Program-made: the position numbers and the translations under genes
Notes under the pieces: generated by a model
Told to the model about the DNA's origin: nothing
The model's input: the letters and a program-made list of their open reading frames with translations, nothing else
Database searches by the model: none
In this document: piece after piece, positions 48,459-61,189 of the stretch
Layout of the letters: the number at the start of each line of letters is the position of its first letter
How positions within the stretch are numbered: position 1 is the first letter of the stretch
From: Octopus vulgaris
Lineage: Eukaryota
Length of the DNA: 64,000 nucleotides
NCBI GenBank assembly: GCA_951406725.2
Contig: OX597815.1
Span: 70,122,001 to 70,186,000, forward strand
Direction: 5' to 3'

Positions 48459-51165
48459 ATTATCGCAACAAGATGACAATAATATAGATACTCGCAAGTT
48501 GGAAAAACAGGTAAGAGATGAGTAAATATTAGAAGGGAGGGAAGCCAAGCAGCCAACCTGTCCTTTGCAACCACTTGGTTCTGGGTTCAGTCGCACTGTC
48601 TGGTACCTTGGGCAAGTGTCTTCTACTATAGCTCTAGGACTAACCAAAGCCTTGTGAGTGTATTTATTGGATGGAAACTGAAAGAAGTCCATTGTCTGTG
48701 TGTGTTTGTGCTGCCTTGACATCACATGATAGTTGTAAATGAGCATCAGTCATACAAGCAATGTTGTTTATTTCCAGTCTTCCATGAAAAACATATCTGG
48801 TCATGAGAAAATATTACCTCATATGGAACAGGTGAGGGTTGGTGACAGGAAGCGCATCCATCTAACTGTAGAAAAATCTGCCTCAATAAAATCTGTCTGA
48901 TTCATGAAAGCATTGAAAAGGGAATGGTATGATGATGGTGGTGGTGATAATCCATGCAAAACTATATTGTACTTTGCATCAAAAATGATGCATAGTTTTA
49001 ACCAGTCATGTCAGTTAGAAGAATAATTTCAACATCAAAAAAGAAAAAAAAAACATCAACAATAATTAATCAGAAAAACAAAAATAAAGTTTCAAGAGGC
49101 AAAAATGAAGCGAAAGGAAGTCAAAGTAAGCAGAAGGTACTTGGCCTAGATTTAAAATGAGTGATGAAGTAAATAGTACAACTTACAATTGCACCAAGTA
49201 AAGATACATAAAAACAACAGCAGCAGCCACTGCCACTACCACCATCACCATTTCAGTGCGTCTTCACAGCCATAAAACATACATATACACACATCACACC
49301 TGGGCTGAAAGGATGATTTCCACATCACTACAGACAAACTTAACATTACTTAGAACAAGAGAATATTATTTGTTTCTTTATTGCCCATAGGGGGCTAAAT
49401 ATAGAGGAAACAAACAAGGACAGACAAAGGTATTAAGTCAATTACATCGACCCCAGTGCGTAACTAGTACTTATTTAACCGACCCCGAAAGGATGAAAAG
49501 CAAAGTCGACCTTGGAAGAATTTGAACTCAGAATGTAATGGCAGACAAAATATTGCTAAGCACTTCACCCAGCGTGCTAATGATTCTACCAGCTCGCCAC
49601 CAACAAGAGAATATTATTACAAATAGACTTTAAGGCATTGAGCTGGCAGAATCGCTAGAGCATCAGAACAAATGATTTACTGGTAATTTTTCTGGCTCTT
49701 CATATTCTGAGCTCAAATTTCGCCAGGGTCAACTTTGGGAATTGATAAAATAAAAACAATAACACAACATGAAAAATTGTTTTGTTCTTAAGAAGTTTTA
49801 TCTAATTTAATATCATACAATGCTACACCAAAACAATTCTGTTCAAAAGAAGAAAGAAAATAAAGGTACTTGTCAAGTGCTGAGGTCAATGTAATCAACT
49901 TGCCCCACTCCTCAAAATTTCTGGGCTGGCCTTGAGCCAAAATTAGAAAGAATTATTACAAATGTGTCCCACTATATGGCATTTTGGACAATAGCTTTTG
50001 GTCAACCAATAACTTGTGAGTTAATTTGGTAGATAAAAACTATGTAGAAGCCCTCACGTGTGTGTGTGTGTGTTTTTACCCCACCCCCCACTGCTTGGAA
50101 ACCAGCATTGGTTAATTACATCCCAGTAACTTAGCTATTTGGCAAAAGAGACCAATAGAATAAGTACCAGGTTTATAAAATAAGTACTGGGGTTGATTTG
50201 TTTGACTAAATCCTTCAAGGTGATGCCCTAATGTAGTCACAGTCCAACGACTGAGACAAGTAAAAAATAAAAGATAAAGACGAATGGCAATGAAGAATAA
50301 ACAAAAAAAATTGGGAGTTCCCTCCCACCACCACCAAATCCCCAGAATTTAACAGTTGAAAAAAAGGACACTACACTACACACACACACTGTAGAGCACC
50401 AGAACAAATGCCTTTGCTAGTATTTCCTCCAATTCTTCATGTTCTGAGTTCAAATTTCACCATGGTCAACTTTACCTTTCATCTTTTTAGGGAGAGGAAA
50501 GGCATTAAAAAAATACCTGTCAAGTACTGCAGGGTTGGTATAATCAACTTGCTCCCTCGTCTCAAAATTACTGGACTGGGTTTGTGCCAAATTTAAAAAG
50601 AATTATAACAAACAGACTCATGAATCTATGATGAGGAATGAGGAAAAAAAATTAAGCCCTTACCACCCACCAAAAAAATAGTATTTAGAAGTTGAAAAAA
50701 AAATAACACTATACACACATCATCATCAGAAAATTTGAATTGATGTAAAAAAATATAAAAAGAGGGTCAAAGTATTTGCAACAGAAATTTTAAAGTGTTT
50801 CTATTTATCTCCCTTCATCTGATTATATCTTGCTCCTTAAACTTATAATGATTCATCTACTGTGAGTTTGGTGAACTATAATTATTGCTGTTGATATTGT
50901 TGTAGTTGATGTTATTTGCATCACTCTACATAATGTTGTAAGCATCAGCCTACATTATCACATAATTAGACGATTTACTGAGGCCTGAACTACTTGGAGT
51001 AAGTTAAGACTGGCACAAACATTGTTATCCCTCTGTGTGTGTGTGTGTGTATTTACTTGCAGACATCTTGTGCAAGAAGACAGCATTCCAAACACTTCAG
51101 AACTTCCAAGCTCAAATAGTTAGTGAAGCAGGTAAAGAGAGGGGGAGTAGAGAATTAGAGGTGAC

Positions 51166-51212
<47 letters not shown>

Positions 51213-52219
51213 AAGACAAAGGTAGGAAAGAAGATCACAGAGGACGGAAAGGCGTAATCAGAGTAGGGGATGTAATGAGAGGGATATAATGAGGTGGGGA
51301 GAAGATGTAATCAAAGAGAAAAAGGGAGTAATGATATCAGAGAGGGGAGGAGGGATATAATTAGACGGAGAGAGAGAGAGAAAGAGGGTGGGACATAACT
51401 AGAATGAAAGGAAAAGATGAAATCAGAGAGAGGGGAGAGGAGGAGGAGTGATGTAATCAGAGAAAATCTGTGGCAGAGTTACAATGAGTATATGCATACA
51501 CACACAGAATATGCCCCAGCATGGCTGCAGTCTAATGACTGAAACAAGTAAAAAAAGATTATACATACACACACATATACACAAACACAATATATATACA
51601 TACATATATGCATATGTCTGTGTGTGTGTATATACATATGATGATATATATGTATGAATACATGTATATAGACAAGTAGACAGATGTGCATGTGTGTGTA
51701 TATACACATACATGTATATATACACACACACATATATATATATATACACACACACACATACACATGCATATATGTGCATATGTGTGTTGATTGATAGACA
51801 GAGATGGGAGAGAATTAGTCAGATAAAAATAGTTTAGCTAAAACTAAATACTTCAATCTTATATAAACAAACGGGATAACTTATTGTCAGGCCAAGCAGA
51901 TTAATATCTGCCCTGAAACAAATGCACCCTACAAGTACACTTGGTGCATGCTCCACACAAATATATATCTCATAAGGGACCGTGTATACTAATTTACTGC
52001 TATTTGTAATAACACTCACCAAAACATACTGGTTCTACTTCACACCCAGCACCAAGATATCCACGCAAGCCAATAAAAGAGCCTCTACATGGCATCAATA
52101 TGCTAGTAACAGCAGCCAAATCTCCTTCAAATATCATACACACACCCTCATAAACGCATACACCCTCATGCAGATGCACACATATATAGTATATGTAACC
52201 ACTGTATACAATAATCTCA

Positions 52220-52320
52220 TTATTATTATTATTATTATCATCATCATTATTATTATCATTATCATTATTTTATTATTATTATCATTATCATTTTATTATT
52301 ATTATTTTTATTATTATTTT
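52220..52320. repeat. (ATT/ATC)n microsatellite; (CGT)n(CAT)n nearby at 52505-52570
   Basis: Seen directly; produces the poly-I/Y and poly-R/H ORFs. Confidence 0.9.
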
Positions 52321-54299
52321 AAAGTGGCAAGCTGGACAAAATGCTTAGTGGTATTTTGTCCGTCACTATGTTCTGAGCTCAAATTCCTCCCAGGTCACTT
52401 TGCCATTTATCCTTTCAGGATCAATAAAATAAATACCAGTTGGACACTGGGATCAATGTAATCGACTCAAGCCCTCTCCCAAAACTGCTGCCCTTGTGGC
52501 AAAATCGTCGTCGTCGTCGCCGTCGCCGCCGTTGTCGTCGTCGTCGTCGTCGTCATCATCATCATCATCAAGGCGGCAAGCTGGCAGAATTGTTAACATG
52601 CTGGGCAAAATGCTTTGCAGAATTTCGTCTGTTGCTACATTCTGAGTTCAAATTCCACTGAAGTCAACTTTGCCTCTCATTCTTTCAGGATCAATAAATT
52701 AAGTATCAGTGAAATACTGAGGCTGATGTAATCAACTAGACCTCTCCTTGTGCCTATAGTAGAGAGGATTATTATACACACACACACACATATACATAAA
52801 AGATATAAATTATCTTGGTGGATATCATATTATCTCCCAAATTGATATAGATGCTGGCTATCCACAATGGTCCAATTACAAAATACTCAAGCTTAAAAGA
52901 GATACTGGTACTTGTAAGTTTCACTTGTCAGGTAGTTCTGTGTTCCTATTCAGAACTGCAAATATTCCATAGAGTATATAATTGATAACCAAGAAGTAAA
53001 TGGAGATTTATTCACATCCCAAACATTTTTATTAAAATGTTTTCTACAGCATATATAACATTGACCAACATATGTTTCTAATGCAGTGACTGCATATTGC
53101 TCTGTATGCAATTATGCATCCTAGTTGCTGTAATTTTATCAAGGGTCCATCATTCATGATATTTTCAAAGTGAACTAATTCAAACAAGCATCCTGCATTG
53201 GAATTCAGTTGAAGGTGATAGTGCTACTTTTTAAATCCAACTGAATTGAATTGAATTCTGGTCTTATAATCACTTCTACTGGTATTACAGTTGAAGCATG
53301 GTTTTAAAATGTTTATTCAGATTACAATTAATTGTAGCAGTTCTGTTTACATTTTGCTGTATGGCATACATGATCTATTCAGAGGTATTTCACTTATTTT
53401 GGGTTTATACCCGTCATTAATATTATCACTATTATTATTATAATTATATTTATTAGTATTATTTGTATAAATATCATTAATTATTACATTCATTATTGTA
53501 ACTAGTATAATTACTATAGATGGTAAATTGTGTTTATTTAAATAGTTTGCTCTGGCATCCCATTGCTACCATCATTTCTTCCTAGCTACTCCCACCCATC
53601 CTTATATAATGGAGGGTAGCCATGTATCTTCTCTTCTACAGCAAGACACCTATGCTTGTCCTCCTATCATATTTTAATTCCCATCATCAGCACCTTGTAC
53701 AAAGTCACCTTCCTCCTCTCAAATAGCCCCTACCCTGTACTTAATTAAAGAGGCTTATTCCTTTTCTTTTCCAGTTATGCAACTTACTTGGTAACCTCAC
53801 TAGTGTCAGTGGTGTGAGAAATGCATCCACTACACACAGTAAAGTGGTTGGCATTAGGAAGGACATCCAACCATAGAAACCATGCCACAAGCTGATATTG
53901 GAGCTTGACATAAAACAACAGCTTGTTGGATCCTGTCAAATCATTCAACCCATGCCAGCATGGAAAATAGATGTTAAACAATGATGATGATGAAATTAAC
54001 ATAATGATAGTTTAACATCTGTTTTCCATGCTGGCTAACTGGATGACACCAGGTGAACAAAGGCAATCATATGGGAAATCAAGACACACAACAAAATACT
54101 TGCAGCAGATTTGAACTTCTGATCTTTGATTTTGTAGTCCAATCTTTTATCTTCTTGGTTATTTCACCAAGTAACCCAACACCAGTTTATTTATCTATTC
54201 TATAGCATATAGAAATAGTAAACACCCAGTCTATGGACCTGACACACCCAATTCTTAGGATCCATTATCTACAGAAGGAAAACAAAAGGTCGCATTTGA

Positions 54300-54375
54300 G
54301 TCAAAGGTCATATGTGCACATCTGTGTCAAAGGTCATATGCACACATCTGTGTCAAAGGTCATATATACACATCT
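54300..54375. repeat. 26-bp tandem repeat, 3 copies
   Basis: GTCAAAGGTCATATRYRCACATCTGT starting at 54300, 54326 and 54352. Confidence 0.9.
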
Positions 54376-54835
54376 TAATTCACAACATAAAAGAAGACTT
54401 CAGTAATTAGTAATTGAATAATAAATTGAGGTTTGTGGATTATAAATATATAACATCTTGAATAATTATATAATGATTGAAGTATCAGGTTTATTATCAT
54501 TTTACACATATACTCACAGGAGCAGGCATGGCTGTATATTTAAGAGGTTTTTTTTCTAACCACATCATTTAGGTTCAGTTTCATAGCACTGCACTTTGGA
54601 CAAGTGTCCTCAACCAATGCCCTTGTGGATTGATTTGATAGATGGAAACTGAAAGAAACCTGTCATATCATCATCATTGGCTGTGTGATTAATGAGTTTG
54701 CTTCCCAGCTATATTTCAGTCCTACTGTAATGGCACTTAAGGAAGTGTCTTCTGCTATAGCCCTAAAACAATCAAAGAATTGTGAGTGGATTTGGTGGAC
54801 AGAAAAAGAAAGAAGCCCCTTGTAATATGTATGTG

Positions 54836-54866
<31 letters not shown>

Positions 54867-56687
54867 TAAGCATCTGCTTTCCATGCTAGCTTGGGTTAGA
54901 TGGTTTGATAGGAACTGGTAAGCTGGAGAGCTGCATCAAGTTCCAGTTTGGTTTGGCATGGTTTCTACAGCTGGATGTCCTTCTTAACACCAACCACTCC
55001 AACAGTGTAATGGGTGTTTTTTTATGTGCCACTGACATCAGCCAATACTATGATTTCACTAGGCTTGATGAGTCTTCTCAAGCACAACATATCGCTAAAG
55101 GTTTCAATCACTTGTCATCACCTCCATGAGGCCCAACGTTCAAAGATCATGCTTTGCCACCTCGTCCCATGTCTTCCTGGGTCTACCTCTTCCACAGGTT
55201 CCCTCCACAGTTAGAGATTGGCACTTCTTTACACAGATGTAAATAAATGAAAAAAATCCTTTACTTGGAGAATAGGTAAGGTTTGGTAACAGGAAGAGCA
55301 TCCAGCTGTAAAACTCTGTGTCAAATCAATTTCTATCTAAGCCAAGCTTGTCTTAAGGATTAAACAGGCTTGTTTTCATATAGGGTAGGGGTATTAGAGA
55401 CTTTTTAAGAGAATGGTTCCAAATTTAAATGCAGGTAAAATCTCACCTGTGAACAATGAGCCCTATCACTCAGCATCCATTATCCCTATCACCCATTTTA
55501 GGTTACCACTATCTCTCAGTTACAGGTAGTCCTATTATCCAATTTCAGTCCTGTTATCCAGCCTCAGTAAGCCCAATCAATCAGTCTAAGAAATCTAAAT
55601 AATTGTTACCTCAAGTTTAGAAGAGTTTTCAATTCTAGACTAACAAACAAAAGGAGAAGTAGCAATTAAGATTGTTGTTGTTTTTGAATTCATATTTCCA
55701 GTGAAGCATGATGTTATTAGTTAAATGGTTCAGTAACTTCAGATTTGCATGAGTCATTGAAGCATAAGTTTTAGTGGTTTGCTGCCAGGAGGAGGAAGTT
55801 TTTTAAATTTTAGTTAACATCAAACAATATCAACTGTGAAGTCAGTCTGTTAAAGACAATGACATGCTTTTTTGTGCTATGAATGGACATACAATACAAT
55901 GACTACAACAGAGTTTGAACTTACAATCATATCATTTGATGCAGGTATAGCTGTATGGTAAAGAAGCATGTTTTGCAACCACATGGTTTTGGGTTTAGTT
56001 CCATTGCACAGTACCTTGGGCAAGTGTCTTCTACTATAGTCCTGGGATAACCAAAGCCTTGTGAGTAAATTTGATACACAGAAAGTGTGTGGAAGCCTAG
56101 CATGTATATAAGATGTGTGTGTGTGTGTGTGTGTGTGTATCATCAGATGCTGGGCCTCACAGAAGAGATAAGGGACCAGGACTTGTGGAAATTTGCTGTA
56201 CTTGAGAATGTCAAGTTAAGTAAATTATAGCCATTCGTACATGCAGGCATGTCCTTTATGGCCATAGCCCCACTCCCTCTCCTAGCTGAGAGATCTTTGT
56301 CTTGCAGGTACCAGTGCCATGTATAATTCAATCATGCCAGTATCACGTGAATGTATCTGTGCTAGTGGCACATAAAATGCACCCAATACACTGTAAAGTG
56401 GTTAGTGATAGGAAGGGTACCCAGTCATAGAAACCATATCAAAACAGACAATTGGACTCGGAGCAGCTCTCCAGCTGGTCAGCTCCAGTCGAACCATCCA
56501 GCCCATGCCAGCATGGAAACAGATGTTAAATAATAGTGTGTGTGTATTGCGTGTTCATTCCTTTTTTGCATCTGTTATTTTAATTTCAATCTTCTATACA
56601 AACAATACTATATCCTTTAATTTGCTGCTTTTCTTTACACAAAATGAGAAGATACATTGTGGAACTGTTATTTTAGCAAGTTGTATC

Positions 56688-56803
56688 TATTTATCACCTG
56701 AAGAGACACATCTGTACTGTCAAATGCTCCTGAACCAGTTGCTAAGTACCCCACCCATGAGGGGTTGATGCTTGATGTGTCGAAACAATTGTTGTGATCA
56801 ATA
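56688..56803 (+). ncRNA. Type I hammerhead ribozyme with intact core and palindromic loop III
   Basis: Stem I TATTTATCAC / GTGATCAATA. Core CTGAAGA 56698-56704. Stem II GACACATC 56705-56712 / GATGTGTC 56774-56781. GAAA 56782-56785. Stem III AC-AATT-GT. Cleavage triplet GUU, cut after 56793. Confidence 0.82.
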
Positions 56804-57757
56804 AAAATTCTTGTATCTTCCATCTTTCATTTACCATATATATATACACACACACAAGCACATATAGATATATGAATGTGTGTGTTTCTTTATCTTTGTA
56901 TTTGTCCTCCACCACCACTTGACATCTGGTGTTGGTTTGTTTGTGTCCCCATAACTTAGCGTTTTGACAACAGAGACTGAGAGAACAATTACCAGACTTA
57001 AAAAACAGTCAGGCTAATTTGTTCAACTAAAAGCCCTCGAGGCAGTTACTCCAGTATGGCTGCAGTCCAATGACTGAAACAAGTGAAAAGAAAACTTTTC
57101 AGTCAAGTATATCGTCCTAAAGGTAACTACACTCCACCCCACTTCAGTTTCTTTCTATTTTAATGATATGACTTTCCCACTTAATGCCCCCACCATCTTC
57201 ATTTTCTCCATCCGATGACTCTGCTCACCAAAAAATTAGTTGACATGGCTTTAAACTAGATTAAATGCTTGACTGCTTGATTCACTTAGTGATCTGCTTC
57301 TCAAACTAATAAGGCAAAGAATTTCTAATTTAATCAATAATTACTAAAAAAAAAACTTTAAAAATTAATTCTTTTATTTACTAAATTTTGTTTTGCTTTT
57401 TCTTTTTACCAAGTTATTAAGATACATACTGTTGCTGTGTGGTTAACAACCATGCGGTCTCAGTTTCAGTCCCATTGTACAGCACCTTGAGTGAGTGCAT
57501 TCTACTAAAACCTTATGAGTAGATTTGTAAGATGGAAACTGAAAGAAGCCTGCTGTAAGTATGTGTGCATATGTACTTATCAAAGCCAAAACAAATCTTT
57601 ACAAATTGTTACTCGGAGTTTCATGTTACCAATCATGGGACAGAGGCAATCATACTCTGATCACAACTGCCTAATGAATAGCAATGTGAAATTCTGAGTA
57701 ACAGTTTGTAAAGATTTTTCGGCTTTAATAAAAAGCATATAGCTCTACCATTGGAAT

Positions 57758-58094
57758 TACAGAGATGTACTTGCATAGCAAGAGATTTGATCTGAGACCG
57801 TGTGCTGAAACGAAAACAATTGCAGCATGGAAGGTGTTTGTAAGCCATTTAAGAGACACACAAAAGCCATTCGATTCACTTCAACATTTAAGTTTAATTT
57901 GTCAAAATATTTTCATCGCTTTAAGACCGCGACCTGTTCACTGACAAATGCAGCACGGATTTTTGTCAGTGAACAGGTCGCGGTCTTAAAGCGACGAAAA
58001 TATTTTGACAAATTAAACTTAAATATTGAAGTGAATCGAATGGCTTTTGTGTGTCTCTTAAATGGCTTACAAACACCTTCCACGCTGCAATTGT
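57758..58094. mobile_element. Young palindromic insertion (133-bp arms, 3 mismatches) flanked by a 13-bp direct repeat
   Basis: Arms 57816-57948 / 57962-58094. CTACCATTGGAAT occurs at 57745-57757 and 58095-58107. Confidence 0.85.
57962..58012 (+). ncRNA. Minimal hammerhead-like motif with G3-C8 covariant core (mirror copy on minus strand at 57898-57948)
   Basis: TTTGTCA (I) GTGAACA g GTCGC-ggtcttaaa-GCGAC (II) GAAA ATAT TT TGACAAA (I'). Confidence 0.65.
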
Positions 58095-58193
58095 CTACCA
58101 TTGGAATCTGAGTGCTATTTCTTCCACTTTGTTTTGCATTTATGTGCTTACTCGTGTGTGTGTGTGTGTGTGTATGTATGTATATATATATAT

Positions 58194-58311
58194 ATAAGCA
58201 ACAAGGATATCCAGAGGTAATGCAGTACAATCATTTCAAGCAACTCCATGGTTAAATGGAATTTCTTCAAACGATCGTACTGCATTACCTCTGGATATCC
58301 TTTTAGCTTAT
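58194..58311. repeat. Hairpin with perfect 26-bp outer arms and a hammerhead 3'-half remnant
   Basis: AAGGATATCCAGAGGTAATGCAGTAC (58203-58228) / GTACTGCATTACCTCTGGATATCCTT (58277-58302); cAAAC GATC GTA CTGC at 58268-58283. Confidence 0.75.
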
Positions 58312-58411
58312 TTTGATTTTAATCATCTTATTTTGAAATTGCACGGATAATACCGTACTAAATTCTGGTGCCTCAACTTAGGTACTTAATTCATCTGAAT
58401 CTATATATATA

Positions 58412-59654
58412 TTAGGTTGTCCAAAAAGTTCTGAGCATTTTTTTAATATGCAAAAAGGGGTATAAATAATTGACTTTTCAAAAAATTTTATTCAATGAAA
58501 TAATTTCCATTATTATTAATGACCTTTACCCATCTATCAGGCAATTTAACTATTCAATCAGCATAAAATTTGGTATTTTGACTCCATCTAAATCTTTAAA
58601 TGTTTTTTCTGTAGAGACAAAAACAAGTGATAGTCAGATGACACAATATCACGAGAATATGGTAGATGGGTTAAGAGACCCCAAGCAAGCTCGTGTAACT
58701 TTGTTCGAGTAGCCAAAGATACGTGGTTGGGCATTGTCTTGTTGGAACACTACCACTTTCCTGTTGGTAATTTCCAGCATCAATTCTTTGATATTTTGGT
58801 TCAAATTACCCAGCTGACAACAGTACACATCAGAATTGATGGGCTAGTTTTGTAGGAGAAGCTCATAATAAATAATGCCTTTATGATCCCACCAAACACA
58901 AAGCATAACTTTTTTGGCATAGATATTCATCTTTGGTTGTTGTTTTGGGGGATCCTTACACAAACTCCAGGATCTTCTTCACACTACATTTTCATACACA
59001 ATCCATTTTTCATCTCCAGTTACAAATTGTTTTAAAAAAGGCAGGCTTTCATTCCATTTCAAAAGCATATCACAAACAAAATACTTGTCCAAGCAATTTT
59101 TTCTGAAAGTTTGCAAGGGCCCCTTACATTATAGTGAGAAATGTATCCTAGCTTCACTAGGTGTTCATAAGCCATACTTTTAGAAATTTCCAAATCCTCT
59201 GCAAGTTCTCTAGTCATGATATTTAAGTTTTCTTCAATTTTTGCCTTCAAAACATCTTCATCCAATTTTGAAGGTCTTCCACTGCAACTATCATCTTCCA
59301 AGCTAAACTGCTCAGCTCTAAATTTTGCAATCCACCTTCGAACAGTTGATTCACCTACAGCATCTCCAATCACCATAAACTTCACAAATGTTTTTACAAG
59401 TCTTTGCAGCATTTCCTCCTTTTTTTAGAAAAAGGAAAGCATTACAATGTGAATATGAAATTTTTGGCTATCCATTTCAAATGTCAATAAAGGGTAACCA
59501 GAATGGAAGATAAATCTATTTTTAGTCAGGAACAAAGAGATGCACTACCACTTCAAGCAATGCCAAAGTTTTGGTTGTGTTACGTTTCAGGTGTGTTCAA
59601 TGAAGCGTTAAAAGATTTAGCTTAAAAATGCTCAGAATTTTCGGAGCAACTTAA
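58412..59654 (-). mobile_element. mariner transposon, full length (~1.24 kb), degraded
   Basis: TIRs TTAGGTTGTCCAAAAAGTTCTGAGCATTTTT / AAAAATGCTCAGAATTTTCGGAGCAACTTAA. HTH region GESTVRRWIAKFR...SLEDDSCSGRPS, then IVTGDEKWIVY, QDNAQP and SDYHLF; frameshifted. Confidence 0.92.
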
Positions 59655-60040
59655 CATGCACGCACGCACACACACACAAATTCATTTTTCACAAGTGAAA
59701 TTAAAGTAGATAGAACTGTAAATAATAGCAAATAAGTATTGGGTTAAAAAAATATTCTGGATGGAAAATGTTGAAACCTTTGATTTTTTTTCTCTTCAAA
59801 AGGTATTTTAACCCAATATTTACAAGCTTTTTATTTATAGCTTTGTCTAATTCAACTGTGAAAATTGAATTATTCACATTCTCTCAAGTTTCTAAATTCT
59901 TATCACGTTAGCAATATGTGTGTGTGTGTACTTTTGTCTCATCATCATGCAATGGTTGTAAACAAGCATCATTACCATCATGCAGGTAATGTTATTCATT
60001 ACCAGTCTTCTATGTAAAACCTATCAACCAAGGTAAAATA

Positions 60041-60216
60041 CAGGGTGTCCATAAATTGCCTTTACAATTTGAAAAAAAAAATTAAAAATAAGGGTAACTC
60101 AACAGAGTAGTTTTATTAGAAACATCAGAACATTACCACTTGGGTTCCATTGGTTGCAAACATCTAGACGATACAATAAATTGTGCAAGCTGTAAAGATA
60201 TTTAATGAACACCTTG
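60041..60216. mobile_element. Small Tc1/mariner-type MITE inserted in a retroposon copy
   Basis: TA-CAGGGTGTCCATAAATTGCCTTTACA ... TGTAAAGATATTTAATGAACACCTTG; imperfect TIRs. Confidence 0.65.
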
Positions 60217-61004
60217 CATTATGTTGCTTGGAAACAGGTAAGGACTGTTGACAGGAAGAGCATCTGACTGTATAAAATCTGCCTCAATAATCACTGTGTG
60301 ACCCATGCAAGCATGGAAAAATAGTCATTAACCTTTTAGCATTCAGATTTTTCTATCAAACGCAGAGCTTATTTATTCACATTGTTTTGTATTAACTTTG
60401 AGAGTTCAATAATGTTATTGTTGCATTTTTAGAATAACATTGTAGGATAGGTGTGAGAGACCAGATCTGGCTTGTTTGAACATAAAAACAGATAAAATAT
60501 TTGGGCAATATGTAATATAACAAGAGTTGGATTCACATCAAATATGACTATTTCTATTTCTTATATAAATTGTTTTTTTGAAGCAAGAAAGAAACAGAAA
60601 ACAGATACATTATTTACATTACTCTTTACTCTTTTACTTGTTTCAGTCATGTGACTGTGGCCATGCTGGAGCACCACCTTTAGTCAAGCAAATCGACCCC
60701 AGGACTTATTCTTTGTAAGCCCAGTACTTATTCTATCGGTCTCTTTTGCCAAGCCGCTAAGTTATAGGGATGTAAACACACCAGCATCAGTTGTCAAGCG
60801 ATGTTGGGGGGGGGAATAAACACAGACACACACATATATATATATATATATATATGGCGGGCTTCTTTCAGTTTCCATCTCACAAGGCTTTGAGGCTATA
60901 GTAGAAGACACTTGCCCAAGGTGCCATGCAGTGGAACTGAACCTGGAACCATGTGGTTCGTAAGAACATGGTTCCAGATATTTAATCCATCTTGTTTGTT
61001 GTTA

Positions 61005-61050
61005 ACACAACATTTCAGCTGATATACTCTTCAGCCTTTATCAGGTGTCT
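61005..61050 (-). ncRNA. Penelope pLTR minimal hammerhead motif (core mutated)
   Basis: ACAC CTGATAA a GGCTGA-agagtata-TCAGCT GAAA TG TT GTGT. The inverted copy at 62832-62866 has lost its CTGATGA core by deletion. Confidence 0.62.
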
Positions 61051-61127
61051 TGGAGAATTTTGAACCTGCATTCTCATTCCTAAGGTATTTTTCGATGTTG
61101 TTGTTATTATAATTATTATTCAGGTCA

Positions 61128-61189
61128 CTGGAATCGAACTCGGGATCTTGGGGTTAGTAGCCCGCGCTCTTAACCACTACACCATGGGC
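61128..61189 (-). promoter_or_regulatory. tRNA-derived segment (Pol III A and B boxes) within the Penelope 3' region
   Basis: Minus strand GCCCA TGGTGTAGTGGT TAAGAGCGC GGG CTACTAA CCC CAAGATCCC GAGTTCGATTCC AG: A box, D-arm-like segment, anticodon-like loop, B box; no complete acceptor stem. Confidence 0.7.

Noticed and set aside
38343-50000. Upstream non-coding exon(s) and promoter of JMY
   Set aside because: An acceptor at 38343 implies they exist and donor-like sites occur (e.g. near 38727 and 42954), but none can be supported without transcript data. No CpG-rich promoter is evident.
53385-53430. Minus-strand TTAATGA c GGGT-ataa-ACCC AAAA, a possible decayed hammerhead
   Set aside because: Needs three or more core substitutions and lacks a palindromic loop III and UH site.
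57827-58230. Two ORFs on opposite strands with nearly identical peptide (EGVCKPFKRHTKAIRF...)
   Set aside because: A consequence of the DNA palindrome, not a gene pair. The same applies to ORFs at 22076-22392.
61128-61189. Possible tRNA gene with an ACT anticodon-like loop
   Set aside because: No 7-bp acceptor stem, imperfect arms, and embedded in a retroelement; treated as tRNA-derived sequence, not a functional tRNA.
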